Below, one piece after another: positions 34,518 to 43,770 of a DNA stretch of 64,000 nt (the first letter of the stretch is position 1; every line of letters begins with the position of its first letter). Source of the DNA: Candidatus Lutacidiplasmatales archaeon (GTDB taxonomy: Archaea > Thermoplasmatota > Thermoplasmata > Lutacidiplasmatales > UBA184); assembly GCA_044451945.1 (NCBI GenBank), contig JBIOKR010000006.1, positions 8,605 through 72,604 on the forward strand. The letters run 5' to 3'. The notes under the pieces were generated by a model that was given only the letters and a program-made list of their open reading frames with translations, made no database searches and was not told where the DNA came from. Position numbers and translations under genes: made by a program.

Positions 34518-36962
34518 TTAACGCTGCGCCGTCGGACTGGTGGCGAGGCGCTTCGCCAGCGCCGCCACGTTCTCGGAGAGGTCTCCGCGCAGCCGAAGGA
34601 TCCCGAGGCCCCTCGCTTGGGAGAGGTGTTCTCGGGCCTTGTCGAGCTCCCCCGCCTCCGCGCTGAGCTCCGCCAGGCGGTACTCGACCTCGGCGGTCTC
34701 CGCGGAGAGCGAGAGGACCTGGGCGAGCTTGAGGGAGCGCTGGTAGAGCTGCTCCGCCGCCTCGAAGCGCCGCTCCTCGGCGGCGATCATCGCGTCGATC
34801 ATGAGCAGCTGCTGGAGCGCGAGTTGGTCCCCGAGAGGCTCGAGCATGGCCCGCGCCCTCTCCGCGTGGGTGCGCGCCTCGGCAGGGGCATGCAGCTCGA
34901 CGCGGAACTGCGCCATGTTGAGATGGCAGTAGCCGATCCAGATCCGCGAGCGCGACTTCTCCGCGGCCGCAATGGCGCCTTCCATGTCGACGAGCGCCAG
35001 ATCCATGTGGCCCGCATTGTGGTGGAGGAGGGCCCGGTTCATCAGCACCCTCGATTGGGCGCTGTGGTCCCGGCTCTCGGCGAACAGCGCGATCGCCCGC
35101 TCGTAGAGCGTGAGCGCTTCGGCGATCCGCTCGCCACCGAGCCGGATCTCCGTGTTGGCAAGATCGATGAGCGCGTGGCCCTTCTCGTTCGCCGTGCCGC
35201 TCTTCTCGGCGATGGCGAGCGCCTCGGTCTGGTGGGAGACGGCAAGCGGGAGGTCCCCGAGCCGCCAGTAGGCGACCCCGAGGACTCGGTGGGCGGTCAT
35301 GATCCCGCGCGGGTTCCCCAGCTTCTCGAGGATCCCGTACGCCTCCGTGGCGAGCTCGCGGGCGCTCGAGTACTCGCTCAGGTCGGTGCGAGTCTGGGCG
35401 AGCCCGATGAGCGCGAGGGCCAGCTCCGTCTCCCGCCCCGCCTCGCTGCGGGCGCGGGTCACCGCGTCCAGAAGGACGCCTTCGGAGCGCCGCAGGTCGC
35501 CGAACTCGTCCAGGATCCGGCCGAGCTCGATCATGAGCCGAAGCTCCCCGGCGAGGTCTCTCGGCGTGAGCCGCCGCTGGGAGTCGAGCGCCCGTTCGAG
35601 GTGCAGTACCGCCGTCTCGAAGGCGAGCGCGCGGGCCGCATGCTCCGCGGCCCGGCGATTGTACTCGACCGCCTTCGGGTCGTTCTGCCCGAGGTAGTAC
35701 TGCCGGGCGAGCTCGTAGTCGCGCGTTGCGCTCGAGCCGCCGGGACGCGAGGCGATCGCATCCGCGGCCTTGCGGTGGAGGATCCGCCGGCGCGTCTCCG
35801 TGAGTTGGGAGTAGACGTCCGCCCGTACCGCCTCCCTAACGAACTCGTAGACCTCGCCGCCCTTCTCGCGCAGGAGGCCGCCGTGGACGAGCCTATCGAG
35901 CGACTCGCTCAACCGCTCCTCGTCCTGGCCGCTCGCCAGCGAGAGCATCGGGAACTCGAACTCCTTCCCTAGGATGGCGCCGTAGACGAGGACCCGGCGG
36001 TCGACGTCCGCCAGCCGCTTGACCCGGTCCCTCAGCAGCCCGTCCAGGTCCTGCCCACGGCGCTCCGGGCCGGCAGGGGGCGGAGCGAAGCCGCTGCTTC
36101 CGCGCACGAGGTATTCGACGAACAGGGGGTTGCCGTCCGTCTGGGTGAACCAACGCATGACGGAATCTCGGCCGGGATCCCGGCCGTTCAGGAGCCACTT
36201 CACATACGGCTCGAGCTCGGATTCGCTCATCGCCCGCAGCTTGAGCGGCGCCGAGCGGGGCGAGGAGAGGAGGGTCGCGATGATCCCGGCGGAACGGCTC
36301 GGCATCTCGGAGAGCGGCGGAACGGTCGCGACGATGACGAGCGGCGAGCGCTCGATGCGGGGAAGAAGGCGCAGGAGTAGCTCCAGGGAGGAGTCGTCCG
36401 CGAACTGTAGGTCGTCGATCGCGAGAAGCAGCGGCCGCTCCTTCGACAGCTGGAGAAGGTAGTCGGCGAGCTCCTCGAACAGGTTCGAGCGGTTCGCGTC
36501 GACCCGCTCGACCGGGTTGGCGAGATGTCGGAGGAGCCGGGCCGCCTCCTCCTGATCCGGAGGCTCCTCGGTGAGCCCGGTCGACCGCGCGGCCGGGCCG
36601 GTCGCGTCGGTCTCGAACGGGCCGAGGAACATCGGGAGGACCGGGCTGGCTCGCGACCGAACGGTCGGCGGGTCGTGGCGTTGGCGCGCGGAGCGAAGAA
36701 GGTCCTGGACGAGCGCGAACGGCTCGGGAACATCGGAGGGGAGGGCGCGGCCGACCAGCACCTGATAGTCGAGGCCGCGGGCGCTCGCTTCGGCGGCCCC
36801 GAGCAACGTGCTCTTCCCGATCCCTCCCTCGCCGACCAAGAGGAGGAGCCGGCCGCCACCCTCCCGGGAGCCTTGGAGGAGCCTCAGGAGCTCCTCGACG
36901 ACCTCGTGCCGCCCGAACAGGGGAACGGCCTTCCCCCGCTCTGTCGACGCCGAGACCGCCAC
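34518..36962 (-). CDS. STAND-type P-loop NTPase (AAA_16-like) with winged-helix and long TPR array
   Basis: 814 aa. Walker A LLVGEGGIGKST, Walker B LLLAIDDLQFAD, then wHTH-like LVYGAILGKEFEF...LVHGGLLRE and about 400 aa of TPR-like repeats. No effector or DNA-binding output domain seen. GTG start. Confidence 0.8.
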   Translation of the reverse strand: MAVSASTERGKAVPLFGRHEVVEELLRLLQGSREGGGRLLLLVGEGGIGKSTLLGAAEASARGLDYQVLVGRALPSDVPEPFALVQDLLRSARQRHDPPTVRSRASPVLPMFLGPFETDATGPAARSTGLTEEPPDQEEAARLLRHLANPVERVDANRSNLFEELADYLLQLSKERPLLLAIDDLQFADDSSLELLLRLLPRIERSPLVIVATVPPLSEMPSRSAGIIATLLSSPRSAPLKLRAMSESELEPYVKWLLNGRDPGRDSVMRWFTQTDGNPLFVEYLVRGSSGFAPPPAGPERRGQDLDGLLRDRVKRLADVDRRVLVYGAILGKEFEFPMLSLASGQDEERLSESLDRLVHGGLLREKGGEVYEFVREAVRADVYSQLTETRRRILHRKAADAIASRPGGSSATRDYELARQYYLGQNDPKAVEYNRRAAEHAARALAFETAVLHLERALDSQRRLTPRDLAGELRLMIELGRILDEFGDLRRSEGVLLDAVTRARSEAGRETELALALIGLAQTRTDLSEYSSARELATEAYGILEKLGNPRGIMTAHRVLGVAYWRLGDLPLAVSHQTEALAIAEKSGTANEKGHALIDLANTEIRLGGERIAEALTLYERAIALFAESRDHSAQSRVLMNRALLHHNAGHMDLALVDMEGAIAAAEKSRSRIWIGYCHLNMAQFRVELHAPAEARTHAERARAMLEPLGDQLALQQLLMIDAMIAAEERRFEAAEQLYQRSLKLAQVLSLSAETAEVEYRLAELSAEAGELDKAREHLSQARGLGILRLRGDLSENVAALAKRLATSPTAQR

Positions 36963-36988
36963 GTTACCTCAACCGGCCCGAAAGTAGT

Positions 36989-38575
36989 TCAGCTAGTCCC
37001 TCGGGAGGCGGGCTCACCGGCGACCGAAGGGTCGGTCTTCGACGCCTGGGCGACCTGCCGGGAGAGCTCGGCGAACGGCTTAGCGAGGTTCGGTTTCAAG
37101 GTGGGGAGGTCGAGCTGGGCCGCCGCCTCGAGCTCGCTCCTGGCCTTCGGAAGGTTCCGGGTCTTGAACAGGAGTCGGGCGAGTAGGAAGCGCGATTCGG
37201 CCTCCTCCGGCTTGAGGCCGTACTTGCGCGAGCGTTCGATCGCCCTCCGGTAGGCCGCCTCGCCTTCCTCCCACTGCCCCTTCTTCTCCAGGATCAAACC
37301 CTCGTTCTTCTCGACCTGCTGGAGGCCGAGGGGATCTTCGGCCCGCTCGAGGAGCCGGCCGGCCTGCTGGTTGTCCCGCTCCGCCTCCTCGACCTGGCCG
37401 AGGGCGAGGCGCATCTCGACGCCCGAGAAGAGCGACCAGCCGGCCCAGCGCGGCTCGTGGGCCCGCTCGGCCGCCTCCTGGCAGCGGGCGAGGTTCTCAA
37501 GCCCCTCGGCGGGCCGGGACTCGCCGATGAGCACCCCCAGGTTGTGGTACGCCCGGGCGACCTCCGTCCAATCCCCGACCTCGCGGAGCCTATCGATGGC
37601 GCGCTCGTACCAGCTGATCGCCTCGCCGCCGACCCCGGAGCCGAGCATGGCGAACGCATTGCCGATGTCGATGCACAGCTCGCCCAGGACCCTCAGGTCG
37701 TTCCCCTGCTGGAGGAGGTCGAGCGCCCGCATCCCTTCGTCCAGCGCCTCCCGGTAGGCGCCTTTCGACAGCGCCACCCGGCCTAGGATTCGGTGGATCG
37801 CCGCGACGCCGCCCAGATCGCCGACGCGGGAGAAGAGCTCGTGCGCCTGGCGGGCGAGGCGGACCGCCGTCTCGAGCTCGAGCCGCTCCCTAGCGACCTC
37901 GGCCCTCGCCAGGAGGAGCCTCGCCCTGAGCTTGATGTCCTTCTCGCCGACCCATTCGAGTCCCTCGTGGTAGAGCCGGTCCGCAGCGTGGAGGTCGCCC
38001 GTGGCGAAGTAGAGCGCTCCGAGCTCCTCTGCGAGACCTGCCTCTTCGAGGCTGTGGTCGCCCGGTAGGGCCCTCAGGTCGATCCGCGCCCTCTCGAGGT
38101 GGTGCGCGGCGACCTCGGGCTGGCTCCCCTCCCGGGAGAGGAGCGCGGCCCGACGGTTAAGATGGTAGGACTTCTCGGGAACCTTGCCGAGGAAGTAGTG
38201 TCGGCCCATCTCGGGGATGACGTCGACCGGAGGCGACGGGTACAGCCTTTCCATCGCCTCTGCGATCTTCCGGTGAAGGACGCGTAGCCGACTCGCCGTC
38301 AGCGACTGGTAGACCTTCGCCCGGGCCTCGTCGTGCACGAAGCTGAAACGGTCGCCGCCCGGCCGCTCCCTCAGGACGCCGAGCTGGGTGAGCTTCTCGA
38401 CCTCTTCCGAGAGGTTCTCCTCGTTGCCGCCCAGGGCCGCGACCAGGAGCTTGAAGTCGAACTCGCGCCCGACGGCGCTCCCGTAGGCGAGGATCCTTAG
38501 CTGCTCCGGGGTGATCCCCTTCGGAAGCTGCCCCGCGTCGAGCCCCTCGACACGATCCGCGTCGACGGACTCCAT
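36989..38575 (-). CDS. winged-helix + TPR protein, NTPase-less paralogue of the downstream STAND gene
   Basis: About 528 aa from ATG 38575. ILAYGSAVGREFDFKLLVAALGGNEENLSEEVEKLTQLGVLRERPGGDRFSFVHDEARAKVYQSL...VLHRKIAEAM aligns with residues after the NTPase of the 814-aa protein. No P-loop. Confidence 0.75.
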   Translation of the reverse strand: MESVDADRVEGLDAGQLPKGITPEQLRILAYGSAVGREFDFKLLVAALGGNEENLSEEVEKLTQLGVLRERPGGDRFSFVHDEARAKVYQSLTASRLRVLHRKIAEAMERLYPSPPVDVIPEMGRHYFLGKVPEKSYHLNRRAALLSREGSQPEVAAHHLERARIDLRALPGDHSLEEAGLAEELGALYFATGDLHAADRLYHEGLEWVGEKDIKLRARLLLARAEVARERLELETAVRLARQAHELFSRVGDLGGVAAIHRILGRVALSKGAYREALDEGMRALDLLQQGNDLRVLGELCIDIGNAFAMLGSGVGGEAISWYERAIDRLREVGDWTEVARAYHNLGVLIGESRPAEGLENLARCQEAAERAHEPRWAGWSLFSGVEMRLALGQVEEAERDNQQAGRLLERAEDPLGLQQVEKNEGLILEKKGQWEEGEAAYRRAIERSRKYGLKPEEAESRFLLARLLFKTRNLPKARSELEAAAQLDLPTLKPNLAKPFAELSRQVAQASKTDPSVAGEPASRGTS

Positions 38576-38651
38576 CTGACGGAAATACCGTGGCCGGGGG
38601 CTTAAAGACTCGCGGCGGCCCGCCGGGCGACCCGGACCCGCCTCGCGGGGC

Positions 38652-38664
38652 AAAAGTTATCTTT
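38652..38664 (+). promoter_or_regulatory. TATA-box-like element (AAAAGTTATCTTT)
   Basis: AT-rich box centred about 30 nt upstream of ATG 38688. Confidence 0.35.
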
Positions 38665-38687
38665 GAGACACCGGCTCGACCGTCACG

Positions 38688-38945
38688 ATGGCGGACGAAG
38701 CCGAGCCCGGAGGGGAGGGTGCCCGCTCCGTCTCGGAGCTACCGCTCCACCGCCAGCTCACCTTCTACGCGTTCGCCGGGCTCCTCGTGCTCGCCCTCGT
38801 CTTCTACCTCTGGTGGGGGTTCTCCTTCGGCGTGTGGGTCGACAACGGCATTTATGCCGTCGTCGTCGTTCTCGCGATGTTCGGCCTCGCCGGGATGTGG
38901 CTCATGATGCCGAACCCGCCCGTCCACGAGACCCTGCCGGGATAA
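38688..38945 (+). CDS. small two-TM membrane protein
   Basis: 85 aa. Two hydrophobic helices (FYAFAGLLVLALVFYLWWGF and IYAVVVVLAMFGLAGMWLMM). A TATA-like box sits at leaderless distance. Confidence 0.5.
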   Translation: MADEAEPGGEGARSVSELPLHRQLTFYAFAGLLVLALVFYLWWGFSFGVWVDNGIYAVVVVLAMFGLAGMWLMMPNPPVHETLPG

Positions 38946-38973
38946 CCGCGGGGCCTGCGCCTCGCCCAACTCG

Positions 38974-40401
38974 CTATAGCGGGCGGGCCGCGATCGCCCA
39001 CACCGCGTTTTCGTGCGCCCCGCACGCGATGCATTTCGGCGCTCCCTCGGGAACGACCGACGTCGCTCCTTGCGGGGTTCCGAGCAGAGAACCGTCGATC
39101 GCCTTCTCGATCTCGTGACCGCACTCTTCCTTCCCGCACCAGCCGAGCACGCGGGCCTTCGTCGACCCGGCGAGCTCGCCGAGGTCCTTCGCGGTGGAGA
39201 ACGCCTCCTTGAACGCGGCCTGCGCGCTCGCACCGAGGGCGCGGTCGAAGGCGGCGAGCCGCTCTCGCACGGCCTCCTCGATCTTCTCCGGGCCGACGAC
39301 ACCTTTCGTCCCCTTCCGGTCGACGGCGGTGGCGCTCCCCTCTTTCGCCTCGCGGGGTCCGACCTCGAGCCTCAGCGGCACGCCGACCGATTCCCAGCGG
39401 TAGTACTTCGCCCCGGGCCGGTCCTCCGAGGCGTCGAGATGCACCCTCAGGCCGGCCGCCTTGAGCCGCTCGGTCAGCGCCTGGGCGGCCGTACGGGGGA
39501 TATCCCCGGCGCTCGCCGGGGCGATGGGGACAACTACGACCTGGTAGGGGGCGATCGAGCTCGGGAAGGCGACCCCCTTCTGGTCTCCGTGGACCGCAAC
39601 GACGGCGCCGAGAAGCCGCTCCGACAGTCCGAAGGTCGTCTGATGGACGAGCTTCTGGGAGCCGTCCGGGGCCTCAAAGGCGATCCCGTACGGCTTCGAG
39701 AAGTTCTCCCGGTAGTGATGGATGCTGCCGATCTGCAGCGTCCGGGCCTCGCCGACCGGGATGTCGAGGGCGATCGAGTAGTAGGCGCCTGGGAACTTGT
39801 CCCACTCGGGCCGGCGCAGTGCGACGTACGGGAGCTCGAGCTCCTTCGCCATCCGGGAGAAGGCGGTCAGGTTCGAGTGGACCCGCTCGGTGGCGGCTGC
39901 CTCGTCGACCTGGCAGGTGTGCTCCTCGAAGAAGTGGATCTCCCGCACCCGGAGGAACGGCCGGGTCGTCTTCGTCTCGTAGCGGAACGTGTTGACGATC
40001 TGGTAGACGTTGAGCGGCAGGTCACGGTGGGAGCGGATCCACAGCGAGAAGACGGGGTACATCGCGGTCTCGCTCGTCGGGCGGAGCACGAGCGGGATGT
40101 CGAGGTCGCTCTCCCCGCCCTTCGTGACCCAGTAGACCTGAGCGTCGAACCCCTTGATGTGCTCCTTCTCCTTCTGGAACTCCGTCTTCGGGATCAGGGT
40201 CGGGAACTCGACCGCCTGGGAACCGGTCGATTCGATCGCCCGGATCATCACGTCGTCCAGGCGGCGGCGCGCCTGGAAGCCGTAGGGGGTCCAGACGTTC
40301 ATCCCCTTGACCGGGTAGCGCTTGTCGGTCAGGTTCGCCCGCTCGACGACGGCGAGGTACCAGTCGATGAAGGCCCGGCCCTTCTCGGGAAGTTCCTCCA
40401 T
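38974..40401 (-). CDS. proS: prolyl-tRNA synthetase (archaeal/eukaryal type)
   Basis: 475 aa. FIDWYLAVVERANL...YPVKGMNVWTPYGF, class II motifs (FRYETKTTRPFLRVREI, TFGLSERLLGA) and a C-terminal Zn module CGKEECG...CIACG. Confidence 0.92.
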   Translation of the reverse strand: MEELPEKGRAFIDWYLAVVERANLTDKRYPVKGMNVWTPYGFQARRRLDDVMIRAIESTGSQAVEFPTLIPKTEFQKEKEHIKGFDAQVYWVTKGGESDLDIPLVLRPTSETAMYPVFSLWIRSHRDLPLNVYQIVNTFRYETKTTRPFLRVREIHFFEEHTCQVDEAAATERVHSNLTAFSRMAKELELPYVALRRPEWDKFPGAYYSIALDIPVGEARTLQIGSIHHYRENFSKPYGIAFEAPDGSQKLVHQTTFGLSERLLGAVVAVHGDQKGVAFPSSIAPYQVVVVPIAPASAGDIPRTAAQALTERLKAAGLRVHLDASEDRPGAKYYRWESVGVPLRLEVGPREAKEGSATAVDRKGTKGVVGPEKIEEAVRERLAAFDRALGASAQAAFKEAFSTAKDLGELAGSTKARVLGWCGKEECGHEIEKAIDGSLLGTPQGATSVVPEGAPKCIACGAHENAVWAIAARPL

Positions 40402-40522
40402 CGGCCCGGCCCCCGGGGGGTCTACGGGCTCATATAGACCTCGGCTGCGATGCCGGGCGCCCGTGCGCTCCGTGCCGGCACGTGCGAGTTGTTAAGCTCC
40501 GGCCGTCCCATCGCGGAGTGCC

Positions 40523-41602
40523 ATGCGGCTCGTCGTGTCCGTCGACCGGGACGACGATCTCGGCCGCAAAGCCGGCGTCCAGGGACCGGTCGTCGGGCGG
40601 GCTGCCGTGCTCGACGCCGCGATGCGTCTGGGGATCGCCGACCCCGAGGATTCGGACACCAACGCACTGTTCGCCGCCGTCCACCTCTACGACGAGATCC
40701 TGCGCTCGGGCGACGAGTGCGAGGTCGCCGTCCTCACCGGCTCCCCGAAAGTCGGATTCGTCTCCGACCGGAAGGTGAGCGAGCAGTTCGACAAGGTCCT
40801 CGCCAGCACGAAGGCGACCTCCGCCCACCTGGTCTCCGACGGGGCGGAGGACGAGTTCCTGAATCCGATCCTCGCCTCCCGGGTCCGGATCGACGGGGTG
40901 CTGCGCGTCTTCGTCCACCAGAACGCCTCGATCGAGTCGACCTACTACACCATCACAAAAGCGCTCAAGGACCCGAAGTTCCGGGCCAAGACGCTCTTGC
41001 CGCCCGCGCTCGTCCTCCTCCTGATCGGGATCGCGGCGGGTGCCGGCTACGTCTGGTGGGGGCTCATCAGCCTCCTGATCCTGCTGGGCGTCTACCTGGT
41101 CCTCTGGACGTTCGATATCGACGAGGCGCTCGTCGAGTCTCTGCGTTCGGCGTCGAGCGACATCCGCCAGGGCTCCGTCGCCTTCGGATTCGGTCTGTTC
41201 GCGATCGCGCTGGTCGGCGTCGGCTTCCTCTCCGGCTGGAAGGTGCTTCCCGAGCCGACCCCGATCGGCAACCTGCTCGCCTTCCTGAACGCGGCGATGG
41301 TCTTCTGGTTCGTGGCGGCCGAGGTGTGGGAGAGCGGCCGCGCGCTGCGCTTTTACTTCCTGAGGAGCCGACTTCCCCGGGCGTTCCCGATCGCCACCAC
41401 ATCGATCGTCGGCATCGGGTTCCTGAGCTACGGGCTCGTCTACCTGGTCGAGTATCTCGAGGGCCTGCAGTACCCCTCCCAGCTGCCGTTCATCGTCGGT
41501 GCGGTAGTGCTCGGGCTCGGCCTGATCACGGGCGCCGGGATCCTCTCGCAGTACCTCAAGGGCCGCCTCCAGACGGAAGCGAGCGCCCCGTCCGTCGGCT
41601 GA
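40523..41602 (+). CDS. DUF373-family archaeal membrane protein
   Basis: N-terminal soluble domain VVSVDRDDDLGRKAGVQGPVVGR...LGIADPEDSDTNALF, as I recall for DUF373, followed by about six TM helices. Confidence 0.75.
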   Translation: MRLVVSVDRDDDLGRKAGVQGPVVGRAAVLDAAMRLGIADPEDSDTNALFAAVHLYDEILRSGDECEVAVLTGSPKVGFVSDRKVSEQFDKVLASTKATSAHLVSDGAEDEFLNPILASRVRIDGVLRVFVHQNASIESTYYTITKALKDPKFRAKTLLPPALVLLLIGIAAGAGYVWWGLISLLILLGVYLVLWTFDIDEALVESLRSASSDIRQGSVAFGFGLFAIALVGVGFLSGWKVLPEPTPIGNLLAFLNAAMVFWFVAAEVWESGRALRFYFLRSRLPRAFPIATTSIVGIGFLSYGLVYLVEYLEGLQYPSQLPFIVGAVVLGLGLITGAGILSQYLKGRLQTEASAPSVG

Positions 41603-41654
41603 ACGCCGACCACCGCTTTCGTCGGTCTGCTCGCACCGGCGCCCGGCGAGGGCG

Positions 41655-42272
41655 CTACGGAACGGGCGAGCCGAGCGACGTGACGCGCTTCAAGTCGGAA
41701 AGTGGGACCTTGAGCCCGCAGCGCTCCTCGAGGAGGGCCTTCGCGGCGGGGAGGTCGCCGGCCACCTTGAGCGCCTGGGGAGCGAGCGTCGCCAGATCCT
41801 CCCAGTAGTTCCAGGGAAAGACGATCCAGACCCACGCGTCCCGGGCGATCTCCTCGGCAAAGTAGGTCGGGACGAACTTCGAGTGCGTGATGTGGAGGAA
41901 CGTCGCGCTCTCGACCCGCGTCGGTCCGGCGGCGCCGACCTTCTCGGCGGCGAGCTCCAGGCTCTCGCCCGTGTCCGTGATGTCGTCGACCAGGAGCACG
42001 TTCTCCCCTTGGATCGCGCCGCTCAGTCCCTCGGTGATCTCGGCACGTCCGCTCGGCGTGGCCGTGACCCCCCAGTGCTGGGCGCGCACCGAGACGACCC
42101 GGCGGACGCCGAGCCGGTCGGAGAGTAGCCGAGCCGGTACCCAACCGCCGCGGGTGAGCGCGACCAGGGTGTCCGGGACCCGATTGGCGTCGGTCACCGC
42201 CCCGGCGAGCTTGTCGGCCCACCGGTCGACCTCGCGCCAGGTCGTCAGCCGACACCGGGGGAGCTCCGCCAT
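41655..42272 (-). CDS. purine phosphoribosyltransferase (Hpt/Gpt-like)
   Basis: 205 aa. PRPP-binding motif NVLLVDDITDTGESL, preceded by LVALTRGGWVPARLLSD. Confidence 0.8.
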   Translation of the reverse strand: MAELPRCRLTTWREVDRWADKLAGAVTDANRVPDTLVALTRGGWVPARLLSDRLGVRRVVSVRAQHWGVTATPSGRAEITEGLSGAIQGENVLLVDDITDTGESLELAAEKVGAAGPTRVESATFLHITHSKFVPTYFAEEIARDAWVWIVFPWNYWEDLATLAPQALKVAGDLPAAKALLEERCGLKVPLSDLKRVTSLGSPVP

Positions 42273-42308
42273 GAGCGGACGACCTCTCGGTAGGGACCCG
42301 GGTCCTCT

Positions 42309-43571
42309 CTACGGGTAGATCCCGCGCATCTTGAGCGCGTCCACGACCCGCTGGATTGCGAGGACATAGGCGGCGGTCCGGTTGTGAACGGAGCGCTCCT
42401 CGGCGACCTTGTGGACCTCGGCGTACGACTTGACCATCGTGCGCTCGAGCCGCTGGTTGACTTCCTCGAGCGGCCAGAAGAATCCCTGGATGTCCTGGGC
42501 CCACTCGAAGTAGCTCACCGTCACGCCCCCCGCGTTCGCGAGGATATCCGGCAGGACGGTGATCTTGCTCTCGTAGAACACCTTGTCCGCCTCGGGGAGG
42601 GTCGGTCCGTTCGCCGCCTCGGCGATGACCCTCGCCTGCACCTTCTCGGCGTTCTTCTTGGTAAGCTGGTTCTCGAGCGCGGCGGGGATCAGGATGTCGA
42701 CCTTCGCCTCGAGGATCTCGGTGTTGGAGATCGGTTTCGAGCCGGGGAAGCCGACCACGGAGCCGGTCTTGTGCTTGAATTCGTCGACCGCGTGCGGGTT
42801 GAGCCCCTGCGGGTTGATGATGCCGCCCCTGGAGTCCGAGACGGCGACGATCTTCGCGCCCTGCTCGTCGTGCAGGATCTTCGCGGCGACGCTTCCGGCG
42901 TTGCCGAAACCCTGCACGGCGACGCTGCCGCCCTTTACCCGGACGCCGGCGTGGGAAGCGGCTTCCCGGATGACGTAGGCGCAGCCACGGCCCGTCGCTT
43001 CCCCGCGGCCCTCGCTGCCGCCCAGGGAGATCGGCTTACCTGTGACGACGCCGGGCACGGAGTAGCCCTTCTGCATCGAGTAGGTGTCCATGATCCACGC
43101 CATCGTCTGGGAGTCGGTGTAGACGTCGGGGGCAGGAATGTCGATCTCGGGGCCGATGATCGGAGCGATCTCGCTCGCGTAGCGCCGGGTGAGGCGTTCG
43201 AGCTCCCCCTGGCTCATGTGCTTGGGGTCGCAGATGACGCCGCCCTTCCCGCCCCCGTACGGCAGGTTGACGACGGCGCACTTCCAGGTCATCCAGGCCG
43301 CGAGCGCGCGGACCTCGTCCAGCGTGACCTGCGGGTGGTAGCGGATGCCCCCCTTCGTGGGGCCTCTCGCCATGTTGTACTGGACCCGGTAGCCCGTGAA
43401 CACCCGGTAGGAATTGTCGTCCATGCGGACGGGGAAGTTCACGGTGAGCTCGCGCTTCGGAGCTTTGAGGATCGCCCGGATCCCGGAGTCGAGGCCCAGA
43501 ATGTCGGCGACGATATCGATCTGGCGTTTCGCAGTCTCGAACGGATTTACAGCCTCGGATTCCTTCGCCAT
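42309..43571 (-). CDS. gdhA: glutamate dehydrogenase
   Basis: 420 aa. GPTKGGIRYHP, PYGGGKGG (catalytic Lys region) and Rossmann motif VAVQGFGNAGS. Confidence 0.92.
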   Translation of the reverse strand: MAKESEAVNPFETAKRQIDIVADILGLDSGIRAILKAPKRELTVNFPVRMDDNSYRVFTGYRVQYNMARGPTKGGIRYHPQVTLDEVRALAAWMTWKCAVVNLPYGGGKGGVICDPKHMSQGELERLTRRYASEIAPIIGPEIDIPAPDVYTDSQTMAWIMDTYSMQKGYSVPGVVTGKPISLGGSEGRGEATGRGCAYVIREAASHAGVRVKGGSVAVQGFGNAGSVAAKILHDEQGAKIVAVSDSRGGIINPQGLNPHAVDEFKHKTGSVVGFPGSKPISNTEILEAKVDILIPAALENQLTKKNAEKVQARVIAEAANGPTLPEADKVFYESKITVLPDILANAGGVTVSYFEWAQDIQGFFWPLEEVNQRLERTMVKSYAEVHKVAEERSVHNRTAAYVLAIQRVVDALKMRGIYP

Positions 43572-43770
43572 CGAAGATCACCTGGGTCGGCGCGGGCACG
43601 CGGCCATCGGTACTTGAACGTACCGCGCCCCCTGTGAGGGTCCGACACGGGGGAGCAGGGGGGGCCCCCGAGCGGGCCACGCAACGACGCGTGTCACCGG
43701 GACTCCTAGGAGACTCCCAGCCGCCTTGGCTACCCGACCCGCTCCGACGTACGCGTTGGGCTCGTCCGGG

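Noticed and set aside
34092-35972. 626-aa ORF antisense to the STAND-TPR gene (similarly 36525-37253)
   Set aside because: Low-complexity R/E/L/G/P composition. The opposite strand encodes a coherent P-loop + TPR protein.
43699-43718. Near-palindrome GGGACTCCTAGGAGACTCCC (perfect core TCCTAGGA) downstream of the acyl-CoA dehydrogenase gene
   Set aside because: The arms are imperfect and the core is only 8 bp. It is plausibly a weak 3' hairpin, and there is not enough to call a site.
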